From Tubulanus polymorphus (lineage: Eukaryota > Animalia > Nemertea): a stretch of 64,000 bases of DNA. How positions within the stretch are numbered: position 1 is the stretch's first letter; each line of letters opens with the position of its first letter. The position numbers and the translations under genes were made by a program. Shown in pieces: positions 48,968 through 61,766 of the stretch. Location: contig NC_134025.1 of NCBI RefSeq assembly GCF_964204645.1, positions 9,486,001 to 9,550,000 on the forward strand, given 5' to 3'. Under the pieces are notes generated by a model. The model saw only the letters and a list, made by a program, of their open reading frames with translations, was not told the DNA's origin and ran no database searches.

Positions 48968-49901
48968 TATAGGTGGCGCCCCGACTGCAATGAAAAATCA
49001 TCGCATAAACATGAAAATTTTCAAGTTTGAAAGTAGTTTTTTCTTTTAGATTACTAAGAAATCTGATATGACCTGATGTCAATAATTTCTGCACAGTATA
49101 TATTGAAGTTCATCTATTGATAACAGAGGGCATGTGCAGTACCCGGATTAAAAATTTCACTGAAGAATTTCAACTTTGTTAGGACGCATGACTGAACTTC
49201 TTTCACTTTAATGCCATCTCATCATAGGGGTCCAAGGCAGACAATGGCAAACACATAAATAAAAGGACCACTATACTTTGTACGATATTTCGTTTCAAAG
49301 GAATAATCTGTTAAATAGCTTTATCGACAGAAAAATAAATTGATATGCAATTATTAGTGCCTATATAGCCATTTAATAATCATGAACGCGTCAAGAACTG
49401 AACACAAACGAGGCAAAAAAATTTCCACCTACCATTCTATACTGGTAATACATTTTTCATATTTCGCTATCCATTCTCAGCTTTTATCGGTTAACTTTTT
49501 TTATTCCATCATCCTGTGAAATGAAGATTTAAAATTTGAATTTGAATCAAGAGATCAATTCGAAGTGACTACAGCTTTACGAACATGTCTTTAGTAAAGC
49601 TTGCTTGCGCGCCATGCCAGCGAAATAAATTCTTACGTACGTATTTTTTCTTCTGATAATTGAAGTGCCTCAAGCATGACAATTATCAGAACTATGAGGT
49701 ACACCAGAGGGATAAACAATCCATAGAAATATAGGCCGAGACCACAAAAGAACTATCTTAGGTAATAGTTATCCGATCATAAAAAGGTGGCCCCAATACA
49801 CAGAATTGTCACATTTCATTTCTTGAAAAACGGGTTTACGGTGCATTCTAATTGAATGAGATGTTCTGTATATATACATTTGTAACGGTTTGTGTACATT
49901 T

Positions 49902-49928
49902 CACACACACACACACACACACACACAC
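49902..49928. repeat. (CA)n microsatellite
   Basis: Directly visible. Confidence 0.9.
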
Positions 49929-52326
49929 GACAGCACACACACAAAAATGTCGCACTGTCTACCCTCTATACAGACAATGAATAAACGTAAGGACAGACGA
50001 AGACATTCCGCAAATACATGTCCTAGTACGCGCGGTTCTACTGTCGCTCGAGCATAATTACTTAATTAAATGAGACCAGAGGCGTACGAGCGAAGATAGA
50101 TCTCACACACATAAGAGTAATCAGATTGAAAATATACCATGGTGTTTATGTATTTTACCAACGTTTATACATTAAGCCGGTTTAAAAGCAAACAAAATAT
50201 ATAGATATAAGTCATCCGTAAACAAGAGCATGTAAAAATCATCTGAGTGTAGCCAGAGTTGAATGATAATCATTTTGCCCTTCGGAGATAATTTGTCAAC
50301 AATATCCCTAAGCTATATTTGCATTCGAATTTTACATCCAGAGTTTGCTAAGTAATTGAGCTAATTATCGGTGGTAAACTTTCAATATTGGGAAGGCTTG
50401 TTTGCGAAAACTTAAATGGTCAGGTAATCGATTAGAGTTTACTGAACTGTAGGGTAAAAGATAAGAACATTACCACTCACGACAATCTTGCTGCATTCAA
50501 CAGAAAATCAATTTTGTCGCGGATTATTCAATTACGGTAACAACGTTTCTCGGTTGGATATCAGTTGAGATGATTAGCTAATGAAAAATTCATTTGCAAG
50601 CTAATGGATGAAAATATTATCGCATTAAAGTAGTCATTTCACATGTTCATAACCAATCCTCTTAGCCTCCCAGGAAAGCTATTATGGAATGGTCTAAGGC
50701 TAACAGTCAGTAACCTGTCGGTGGTTCAGTTTCACGATCGGATATTTTCACAAGCCCATGCGATTATAAAATGCTTACCACCAACGATTAGGTAACTAAC
50801 TAAGGCTAACCTACTACCAGACACAAGAGAATTCCAGGGGATATCTCAACAACAAATAAGCCTCTGTCAAATCTAATTTTAAGGCCTAATGCTAGGCTCC
50901 TTCATGATGGTTTGAACACCAGAAAAAAAGCCATCTCTTAAGGGGTAGCCCATTATAATCCAATTTTCAAAAAGGGATCGTGATTAAACCGGACGCAAAA
51001 ATGCTAGGAAATACTCCTTCCGTCACAGTGGTGAACGAGTAGAACTCGCTTACGGAAGAGATAGTGAATGCTCCTCCATCAACAAATGCTTTCTAATAAG
51101 GCCTATGTCTCGATAAATACAGGCAAGAAAAGCATTTCTACATTTCCTAGGCTAATATGTATCGAGAACTACTAATTTGGACTTGAATGTTTCCTGGAAG
51201 CTATTTTTTTTCCTTTACCAAAGTGCTCCCAACACCTAGCAACTAGAGTGAAAGTGAAACATCTAGGCAGTCAAACGAAAGTCCAACCCTAACTTAACAC
51301 TAGTAATTAACCCTTATTTAGCCAATACTAGGCCTTATTCCATTTGATAGCTGCGAAAATGATACGATACGATAAGGAATATCAAACATTTGATTCACAA
51401 CCATTAGAATTCGCAGGATATTCAAATATTCGGATTCAGCCATCGGTTGAATAAGGCTGCTGCATACGATACATGTAAACGTAAAAAAACAACAAAATTA
51501 ATTTTCGTTGAATTTGTTATGCTTCTCAAGATGTAATACATGTTCCAATGTTTAAACGAAAATCAAACAACTTCCTACTGAGTGGATGATCATCATTAGT
51601 AGATTATCAGATAATTTTCAGTTAATTGAATTACCTATATAGTAGATAGATTACTGAATATGCAGAAGTAGAAGTTGAAGCGATACGTCCAGCGAATATT
51701 TGGTTACTTGAATTCTAAAGATACTCTATGCCTGCATAGGACAATGTGTGCCGTTCTGGGCACTGATTCGAAGCGATATAAACCAAAACTAATGAATGAA
51801 ACGATTCACCTCTAAAGATTTACTTAAAACGAATATTACACATTTCTCTTTTAAAAAAGTGAATGTATATCACCAAGAAAACATTTTCAAAAAGTTTTCC
51901 ATTCTAATGTAATCAATTGAATTTTTTGCCTTCCCCCTAAAAAGATCTGTTGATTGATGACGAAAAAGAATAGCAGGGGTATTGGTTCAAGTTGCTCAAA
52001 CACTTCTTCAAATTCCCTTTCGATACAAATTTATTAAAGGCCAGAAAAAATCAGATTACTATGGAAAATATGGTTTTTATTATGTAAACAATGGGTTTCA
52101 AGACAAATATCAATATTCCTTCATAATGCGCCTTAAATGCAACACAGAATCCAAGTTATTTCAAACTCAATTCTATTTCCATACTAGAACTGCCATATCT
52201 TACAGATCCAAAATCATTCCATACTTCACAAACTGGATGATAGTTTTGTCGACATTTGTTGAAGTCTTAACAAAGTACTACCCTTGGTCATTATATAACT
52301 TTAGTTGCACAAACGTCAGTAGTCCC

Positions 52327-53356
52327 TCAAACGGGTCGATCGATGTTAGCCTGAATTTTTTTCGCACAGTCCAACAACGAGTCATGTATTTCTTTTGCGC
52401 ACGATATTTGTTGTTTAATCGTTCCAATAAACTGGGGATAACTCTGCATTTCTTGACCAGGTGGAGGTAAGTCCTGCTTGCCCGAATGAACAGGTACGGG
52501 TGTATTCTTCATACTATCCGTGTTCAGATTATTACACTCAACTGCTAACCTCTGAAAGAATCCGTGAAACAAATGAAAAAACTATTTGATGTTGGAAGTA
52601 TGATAGCAGTGGTGAGTGAGGTTATACTCACCAAGTTAATTTCAATTTGGTCACACATTGAATAAAATTCTTCCAGGCTTTTGTCAAATCTTTGTAGTGG
52701 TGCTTCACTTTTTCTGGAGTAAACAAATGAGTTATATTAAGATAAATTATGTGAATCTAGTGTAATCATTCCAACTTGACTTGACTGACACGGAAGTCTC
52801 AAGTCAAGTTCGGAAATGTTTGGAAATAGACATAGTCAGTCTGTGGTTCAGTTTTACAATCAGAAATTTTCAAGCCCATTCGAATATTACAGCTTGCCAC
52901 AAATAACGGATTAGGTACGGTACCATAACTAAATCAAGTGAAGTGGTGAAGAACAAAATTCAGATTTGATTGATGAAAGGCGTGGTAGGTAAATGTGATA
53001 CGTACGAACAATTGTCAACTTGTGCATTGTGATGAAAGTTCTGCGCAGCAATTTTCATGAGATTCTGGAATATGAAAAAAAGTATGACTGCAAAATCAAA
53101 TTTCCCTGGAACGGTTGCTTTTAGTAATTAGTAGTACAAAAACAATACTCACAGAAAGCGACTCTTTTAATCGTGGAATTAAGAGTCGTACTTTAATAAC
53201 TGGATCGACTTCGGCGACCTGTTGTTGCTGCTGCTGGGCTTGTAAATGTTGTTGCGGAGGCCCGGGCGGTTGCTGGTGGAGAGGATTTTGCATCGGGTTC
53301 TGCATTGGAGGCATTTGATGCATTGGAGCCATTTGCGGTACGCCGGTCCCAGCCAT
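52327..53356 (-). CDS. MED29: Mediator subunit 29 (intersex homolog)
   Basis: Exons 53356-53153 (Q/P-rich, DPVIKVRLLIPRLKESLS), 53064-53006 (NLMKIAAQN), 52713-52632 (RFDKSLEEFYSMCDQIE), 52551-52327 (QSYPQFIGTIKQQISCAKEIHDSL). Confidence 0.95.
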
Positions 53357-53723
53357 TTTCTAAGTCCAATAATGAGTCCAACATCCGAAATACTACCTTA
53401 CCAAAATACTACCTTTCGCGACACAGGCCGATTTTCCATCTAAACTGGTTTGACAAGTGACAGTAACATTCTCAAGCACTCGCTGGGTCTTTCTATTTTT
53501 CAGGTCAATCATTTTCTCGTTATCATTTCAAAACCGGAAAGTTTCTTCAATAAAACGATAATTTAATTTGATCCGACAAATACCGATAACCGATAGGAAA
53601 CGCGGAAGTAAAAAACTGCTTTCAACTACTAGTAAAAACGATCTCATTTTCGGTAATTATTCTGGAAGTAAGTCAACATTGGATTCGTAAAAACTTCTGG
53701 AGCATCATCTGGTTATGTGAGAA
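53357..53723. promoter_or_regulatory. Bidirectional promoter region for MED29 and PAF1
   Basis: 367 bp between divergent ATGs. ETS-type GGAAG cores: CGCGGAAGTA at 53601-53610 and CTGGAAGTA at ~53662. Confidence 0.6.
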
Positions 53724-56700
53724 ATGGCTCCTACAGTCGGAAGACGCGACGAGTCGGAGAGGAAAAGTCAAAGAGGCGAGAAGAGGTAAAACTAGGACTG
53801 TGCTAAGTATCGAAATAAAACATCGAAAAAAAATTTCAATTTGATTAAAAAATTAAATTGTGTCACAGGGGCCTGACACAAAAAGTTTTTGACTCCAAAT
53901 AACAAAACTACTTTTTATATATAGTACCTAGGATACTGGGGTCAAAAACCCTTTTGACCTGTCAGCCCCTGCTGTAGATTGTGTGTTGTATTTTGTTCTA
54001 TTATTTCATTTGTATGATGAGCCTTGATATTGATTGAATTGCAACATCCTTTTTTAATTTCTTTGAAGGTCTGAATTGGTTTGCCGTGTGAAATATAACA
54101 ATACGTTACCGGATATTCCATTCGATCCAAAATTTATCACATACCCATTTGAATCTAATCGGTAAGTTTCAAAACGATACAATCAAAAGTAGAAACCTTG
54201 CAAATTATCGGATGAAAGTTGGAACTACATGATAAACCCATAAGAAACCTACCCAAATGAATATCAATTTCAGGTTTCTACTTTCTATCTTATGGTCTGG
54301 TTACTGACTGATGTCAACCCTGATGCAAAGTCCTCAAACAATCCCAAAATTTACTGATATCATCAATTAAAGATCATTATCATGAAATCATTTTCAATTG
54401 TCTGTATTTGAAGGTACGTCCAATACAACCAGACATCACTTGAACGCAGCTATAAACATGAATTACTGACTGAACATGATCTCGGTGTAGTCATCGATCT
54501 TATTAACCCTGATACTTACAAAATTGATCCTTACGGTAAGTTATACTGTATTGATGGATTGCTAAAAAGTCTTTATTATCTCATGTTGAAAGAATCGAGT
54601 TTGATGCAAAATGATGATGATTGAAATCTAGCTGCTGAGAAAAATTGCATCATGATTTGTTTTTGAATCTTTCAGCCAATCTTGATCCAGAGGATGAAAA
54701 ACTGTTGGAAGAAGATTATCAAGGACAAAATGAATCTAAAAGGTATTTTTTTGTATTCATTCTTTTTGCTCGAAATACATATATCTAACTTTTTATCTAT
54801 ATCTTTTTATATATCTAACTCTAAAATTGATCCTTTCCTGTGGCTGAGTGCTTTCTTCCATAGATAGAAAGGGAATTCCCGCTCTGGTGACCGGAATCTA
54901 TTGTTCCTCTTTCCGATTATTAAAGTAAAATTTGGGGTTTGTTCATTGCAGATCAAGACATCATAATAAGAACGTGTCATGGCTGCGAAAGACAGAATAT
55001 ATCTCCACAGAATACAACCGATTCACGCAATCAGCTAGCAAAGTTGAAGCCAGGTACATTCAATATTTTTGCCTTTCACACAAGCAAAAATGCTAGTCTA
55101 TTATACCATGATTTTCCATCATAATAGTGATATTGATTGAAACAGCGAAAATACCAATTTGAAGGTGGTTCAGGGCCTGTTTTCATAAAAGATTTTTCAT
55201 AAAAAAATAATTGTGCACGCGGTTGTTACTCTTCACAATATCTTTCTGCTCCTAATATTTGTTTCTGATTTGTTGTTGACTTGTTAAACCTCCCCCTCTC
55301 TGGCTCTTATTTAACTGAACTGTGAAATTTATGAAGACCATTATATTTGACCATTGTATGCAGGATTGGATACAGTATCAAAAAGAGCCTTACAGAGGAT
55401 CATCTTTACAAGGACAGAGATAGTCAGATACAAGCCATAGAAAATACGTTTGAAGAGGCTAAAAAACCGGTATGAATGAACTTTGGAGGTTTTTCTGTGA
55501 GAAAAGAAAAAAGAAATCTGACAAGAAATTTTGAAGTAATGATGAGTATTTTTCATTGCAGATCACCGCACATTATAGTAAACCAAATGTTTATCCTATT
55601 GATGTTTTACCTGTGTTCCCGGACTTCGAGGTACATTTTTTATGCATAAACATATTTGATGTTGAAACCTGTATAATAGATTGATTATGAATTCATTTTG
55701 AATTTCTATGCAGATGTGGAAGCATCCGTGCGCTCAAGTCATTTTCGATACGGATCCAGCTCCAAAAGGAATACCAGTTCAAGCCCAAATGCAAGAAATG
55801 TCACAAGCTATGATCAGGTTAGTTCAAAAGGCATTGATTTCTCAATTAACATCGCCACAGTTCATTTTACTCATGGATTGATGCGCTGTTTTGTTTTGCA
55901 GAGGTATGACTGATGAAAGCGGTGACCAGTTTGTTGCATATTTCTTGCCGACCGAAGATACAATTACAAAACGTAAACGAGATTCAGATGAAGCTGTTGA
56001 TTATAAGTCGGATGATGAGTAAGTTTGTACAAATAATCCTGGATAGGGGCAGTGGCCGACTGGCAGTCATTGGTCACTGGTCTCATTGGGTGGCACTAGA
56101 CTTTTTTTGTAGAAGATTCTTCTTAGTAAAGGCCATGAGAGTCACTGCAAATGCATCATACATTCTTGATCATCAACCTATCCTTCCTGATGGATTGAAT
56201 CGGTGCTAGTTAAACTTATCTTGGGTCCCTGATATTTGCTTATTTTTAGTCAATCGTTCAGTCCGTTAGGAATGCAAGAAATTCTTAATTTTTTTGGCGA
56301 TTTCAGGTATGAATACACATTGTCGAGAGAATACAACTGGAATGTGAAAAATAAGGCATCGAGAGGATACGAAGAAACATATTTCTTTGTTCTGAAAGAC
56401 GATGCTGTCTACTATAACGAATTAGAAACGAGGTAAGAACTGTTGACTTGGAGGGTATCTGATACATTGAACTGATACGTTAAATTAACTTGTTGCTTGA
56501 AGTTTTTTATTCAAGAGTGAAAAACATTGAGTTGATTTTATTGTCGAACGTTTAAAAAAAACTCATACGACTGATTATGATCCTTTTTCCACAGAGTACG
56601 ACTTAGCAAGAGGCGAAAAATTGCCGGGGCACCTCAAGGTACTTCGAAACTAATAGTAACGCACAGACCTTTGAATCAACACGAACTTAGAGCTCAGGTA

Positions 56701-57362
56701 GGCAGAGAAAAATAAAGCGCGTTATTATGTTATTATAAGAGGGGTAAGGTGTATCATTGTTAATTGAATTAATTATTTTTGAACAGGAAATTCGACGAAG
56801 TATGTTGGATGCACCCGGCGAAGAAGAAGAGGAAGACATGGGTGACGAATTTGGAATTAAATCAGGTGAATTGATAATACCGATAGCTAAAAAAATGATT
56901 ACACCAACTTGTGTGAGCGTTTGAATTGATAATCATCAATTTCGTTTTCCAGATGAAGAAAAAGGACAGATGGACCAACCAGGCAGCGGCGATGAGGAGC
57001 AAAATCAAAATGACGCCGAAGACAAAAATAGCGATGCGGGAAGCGACGACGAAGCTGCGGGTAGGAAAAATAGTCCGGCACGATCGCGTTCGGGCAGCGA
57101 AAGCGACCACGAAGATCGAACAGCTGTTGCTAGCGATAACGAGGACAATGCCAGTGTGGCGTCGAGCAGGGGTAGCAACCGGGGAAGCGATAACGAAAAA
57201 CGTAACGAAGCCAGCGACAACGAGGCCGCAAGTAATAAAGGCAGCGACGACGAGAAAGCGGCAAGCGCGAGTGAAAGCGACGATGACGACGATGATAGAC
57301 GGACTCATAAACAAGAAGAGGAAATATTCGGTAGTGGTAGCAGTGGAGCAGAAAGTGACTAA
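53724..57362 (+). CDS. PAF1: RNA polymerase II-associated factor 1
   Basis: Exons 53724-53785, 54069-54161, 54414-54535, 54676-54742, 54952-55053, 55364-55469, 55562-55630, 55714-55817, 55902-56018, 56307-56432, 56595-56697, 56787-56865, 56953-57362. Motifs [49 protein letters not shown], and an acidic Ser-rich tail. Confidence 0.96.
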
Positions 57363-58426
57363 CGCATTTGTATATAATGCCTATTATTTATAAAACTGTG
57401 CAGACTGAATGAAATACTGTTCATTTCTTAGCAACAAGCGCGATGAAAATTATATATCGTCTGTAGAATATTTTTGCATGTAAAATAATAAATGTGAATT
57501 TATAAACATTGTATGTTCAATATTCGAGTAGTTAGTGGAGATTTTATCATTCTTATGCATGATATTCATTCGATTTCTGAAAATTCATTTTTCAAATGCG
57601 GACCTTTTTCAGATTTTGGGCAGTTCCTTTTAACATCCCCCCTCCCCATGTTATGGGCCTGTCCTGTGGCAAATTGTTAAGTTTTCACAAAATCGTCAAA
57701 AGGTGTCAGAAATATCGTATCCCAACAAGCAGGGTTTACATTATTGTATTAAATGCAGCATCTTCTTGTCATAGATCTACTGTACACAGAATTCTTGAAA
57801 TATTTCTCAAATTAATTGAAAACAGAAAACTCAATTTTTCTAAAAAATATAAAATTCATTACTTTTATTTTGAATGTCTGAAGGTATTCATTATGAATGA
57901 ATGATGAAATATACATAAGTAATAGTACTACATAATAAGCACCAATGGCATCAATATACATCCTCCCCACCTCCAGGGATTCATATTTAATGGCATCGCT
58001 AGTCTCAGCCACAGCAGCACGACACCCTATCACACTACGAGTATCACACTTCACCGCAAGAAAACTTGTGGCACCAGATTGCCAGATTAATCACAGGGGC
58101 AAATTTCAGGGATAAACTATAAATGGCAATACACGGTAAAAATGAAATCGGATTCCTGATGGGCTAATAATGACATCATCTAAGTGTGACAGGGTTTCAT
58201 GCCATCAGGTTTGAATCCCTGCCGGGGAGGATGGAAATATATGAAATTTTTTTCACGATTTTCATTCAATAGAATTGGTCATGTACTGAATTATCAAATC
58301 AACTGATGAAATCTCATCTATCACATACTGGTGTGCATATTGATGCACTGTGAATTAAACATAATTTCGATTTCATGTAATAAAAACTGTGATTGGCAAA
58401 AGGGGCTAAAAAGTCATCAAGATCAA

Positions 58427-60148
58427 CTAACACTGTCTAGACGATTGCGGATATTTAGTTTTCAGTTCAATTTTAAACTGATGTAACAGCTGTCGATTTT
58501 TGAACATCTCTTCTTGTTTACTTTCGTGGAAGCCGTGTTTTAGTTTATGCCCCATGTGAATGATGAAAGCGTGATTGAGGACGGCAAAATGATATTCCGC
58601 GATGAACATTTCGCATATCTGTAAAAGTAGGAAAAAAGAAAGTACATCATTCATCTATTTTGAAAAGAAACAAGCATTGAAATACTGTCTGCGAATAGAT
58701 TTTGCAAGGCTACCTCCACGAATATTCCAAATCAAGGAAAGTTAATACTGCAATAGCCTATAAAAGCAGTTCCAGGAGCCAACCAGCTTGTTGGACCAGT
58801 TAATTTGATTAACTCAATTTACTGACAGCTGGGGCAAGTTGCTCAAAAGTTGGTTTAAGATAACTGGCGGATAAATAACATATTAACAATGGATTTTTAA
58901 TTGTCACTATGTCAACTTTCCGCTGGTTAAGTCTTTCGAGCAACTGATTGCTGCTTTATTAACCAAGGGATTAAACTTAGAGCTGGTCATGAAAACTGAA
59001 TCCAAGGCGGCAATTCACTTAAAACTACTGACTAGGTTAACATCTACATTTTCGATTTCATGATGCAATGAATTTACCTGGCTAACTCTGTTATAGCCAT
59101 ACTGCATGAACCTCTCATCGTACAAAGGTATATTACGATGAGCGATGAAAAATGGCTCCCAGGGATGAGACCAGTTTTTGAAATATGCTATATCTAACGG
59201 AGCTGAATGTTTCAGGTTTTTATATTGCACGATCCATTTATCGTAATCCATGATACCCTGGCATTTCGGACACGGTTCGATGTAAAACTGACGTATAAAT
59301 CCGTCGTTTAATCCTTGGAACAATTCCCTCCGGTCGTACGGAATGCTTTCTTCATTTATCGTTTCGAACACGGGAATCACGTATACGACGCGTTCGCGCA
59401 TTTTATTCGCCGAAAACAGATCGTTCCGATTCGCGAACTCTAGGAATTCTTCGCGTAACGTCCGCTTCGGAGCGAGGTCTGCATCAGCGACGAGAATGTA
59501 TTCGGTTTGACTGTGTCGAATACCGACGTTGCGCAATAAATTATTCGGATATTTCACGCCGCGTATACCATAGCTCTCGATATCCTTCGTCATTTTCATT
59601 TCGCGAAACGCCAAGCGGCAAATCGACCGATCGTCTAAATTCGAGTACATTTTCAAATCGCGAGCCGGCAGCGTCAACGGCGCCACGAAATGAAAAACGA
59701 TACGCTGCATCAAAGAACCTTCGCAATAATCCAGCCGTATTATGTGTTCCATAGCGACTATCGCGTCTTGTCCCGGCGTGAACACGACCACCGAAATCGG
59801 ACCTTTCCACAATTTAGCTATATCCGCGAGATGATACATTCGATTTATCGAACAATGTATAACTAAAGTGACGTCGCGTTTTAAACGTTGTTCGTACATT
59901 TCGCTGCCTATCCATATACGAGGTATGATACTGTAATGTCCGCTCGAATCGATGACATGGCGGTTTTCGTACACGCGTTTCATTCGGTCAAACTCGCTCG
60001 AGATGAGAAACGCTTTTCGATCGCGATCGTTGATTTCTTTTTGTACGTTGTACTGCGTTAACAACGTCGCGTAGAATAGCTGTAAAATGATTAAAGCGAT
60101 GACGAGACCCGACGTCAATTTACACCAATTGACGCGAATTGTATTCAT
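58427..60148 (-). CDS. B4GAT1: Beta-1,4-glucuronyltransferase 1-like (GT49 family, type II Golgi membrane protein)
   Basis: Exons 60148-59078 and 58618-58427, 420 aa. N-terminal TM, W(K)GPISVVVF, YPNNLLRN, DxD motif (ADAD), WEPFFI, PLYDERFMQYGYNRVSQ|ICEM. A probable 5'UTR intron lies at ~60203-60734. Confidence 0.88.
58832..58950. mobile_element. MITE family B, second copy (B4GAT1 intron)
   Basis: CAAGTTGCTCAAAAG ... CTTTCGAGCAACTG, flanked CTG/CTG, colinear with 24644-24768. Confidence 0.7.
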
Positions 60149-60409
60149 AATGGCGCATAACCGGCCGTAGCGCCATCGACTTCAACCACAGCAAGCTCCA
60201 ACCTGAAAAAATCTATCCAATAAAACTTAAGCTGCAAAAGCTATGCCTACGCTGGTAATGGTCATGGTTTCTACACTAACAGTGCCAACACTGCTTTACT
60301 TCTAAGCAATAGAACCACAGGGGCTTGTCACAATTTGGGATTCAAATGGACAAGCATGTGAGTGCACAGTGCTCTAACCTCTGGAGGTATCGAGGTATCT
60401 TTTTTACTA

Positions 60410-60585
60410 GAGGCCTCCTCCACCACAGCCCATTACTGTCTATCACACAGAGATAGTGATGAGATGAGGCCTCCTCCACCACAGCCCATTACTGTCTGTC
60501 ACATGACACCTGCTCTCCGACCCTCTCGTCCCGGCCTCCGGGCTCCGTCCGTGCGACGTTTTATTGGTCCGTAATTTCGTTAAAC
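60410..60585. repeat. Local tandem duplication plus a MITE family C end
   Basis: GAGGCCTCCTCCACCACAGCCCATTACTGTCT occurs twice (~60410 and ~60466). The second copy runs into sequence similar to the 35403 TIR. Confidence 0.7.
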
Positions 60586-61766
60586 AGTTCCACCGTAAAA
60601 TACAACCCCTTGGCTTAACCCTTTTCTCACCCTCTACTAAACACACCCTAACTTTCCTTTCTGTCGTTGAAAAGCATTAAAAAGCCACTGTTTAAATTAA
60701 AGGCAATTTAGAGAAAAACAAGCGATAACCTTACCAAATATTCACTTCCTGGTTTGGTTGTACTATCTACCGAAATTAGTTAGTTGAGAATAAAACACGA
60801 AACCGGAATCAGAGTGCATATCGTAAAATCCAAATTAAACTTTATTGATAATAAATTTCTACTACGCGAACGAAGGATGCACCAACTGACAAATTCACTG
60901 CATTTTCGTATTATAATTTGAAACGCCGTAAGATAATCGCATATCAATAGAATAATCATCCTTTCAAAAAGTTTAGAACGGCAATCAGGCCGGGTGAGTC
61001 ACAAAATGTCACCCGGGAGTCAGGGAGAGAGGTGCGCCCAACCCGCAATAGTCACTTTGTCGTTCAGGTGGGCGGATTTCATATAGTCGTTGACGTATTT
61101 TGGGGTCTACTCGCGCCGTGTTGCTACGACGCACTGGCTGCTGCCTTAACCACGTCAATTTAAACTATCCAATTATGAAAGCTTTATTACCGGTAACGGT
61201 TAACTCACGTTTTAATTACTCTTCGGTCAAGTACCAAGTCCCAGCCTCCGGAGAACCCATTGCATATCTGTCCTCATCGCAGACGCTCCAACCGATTTGC
61301 CGAATCAGCGATGCAATAAACGTGAGTAAAGAGGGATATGATCGAAAAAGCAAATATATTTGCATAACGAATCACTCATCTAAAATGTAGGCCTATATAC
61401 ACAACTGTTAACATTTTGGCGCGGATCAGAGTTGCAAAAAAATGGTCAGGTCACATTCCTTCTGGAATGCCACGACGTAACAATCACACAACAATGTTCT
61501 ACCCTTGATTATACAAATAATTCCACATGTATAAAAGTTAAATCTCACATGATATAGGGTTTATGTTCATTATCACAATTCAGTCGAACGATTCTGTTTA
61601 CGATGATTTCCAGCATGTCCTGGCGCTAAGATATTTATATCAATCAAGCTTTGGATAACACGAAACCCGTTTATAATACGACAATTTCACTCTTGCCCAC
61701 AAGATTCGTATTTAACAATAATCAACTGTATACCCGCAGTACAGTGCATGTTACATGTACAGTGTA

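Noticed and set aside
51982-52470. 162-aa + strand ORF
   Set aside because: Antisense to the MED29 last exon and 3'UTR, non-ATG start, no recognisable domain.
56862-57393. 150-155 aa ORFs overlapping the PAF1 last exon
   Set aside because: Alternative-frame and antisense shadows of the acidic PAF1 tail.
58155-58232. tRNA B-box-like GGTTTGAATCCC (also GTTCAAATCC at ~8300)
   Set aside because: No cloverleaf can be built; at most degenerate SINE heads.
60990-61016. 8-bp hairpin CCGGGTGA/TCACCCGG in the presumed MyD88 3'UTR
   Set aside because: Too short to distinguish from chance and matches no known motif.
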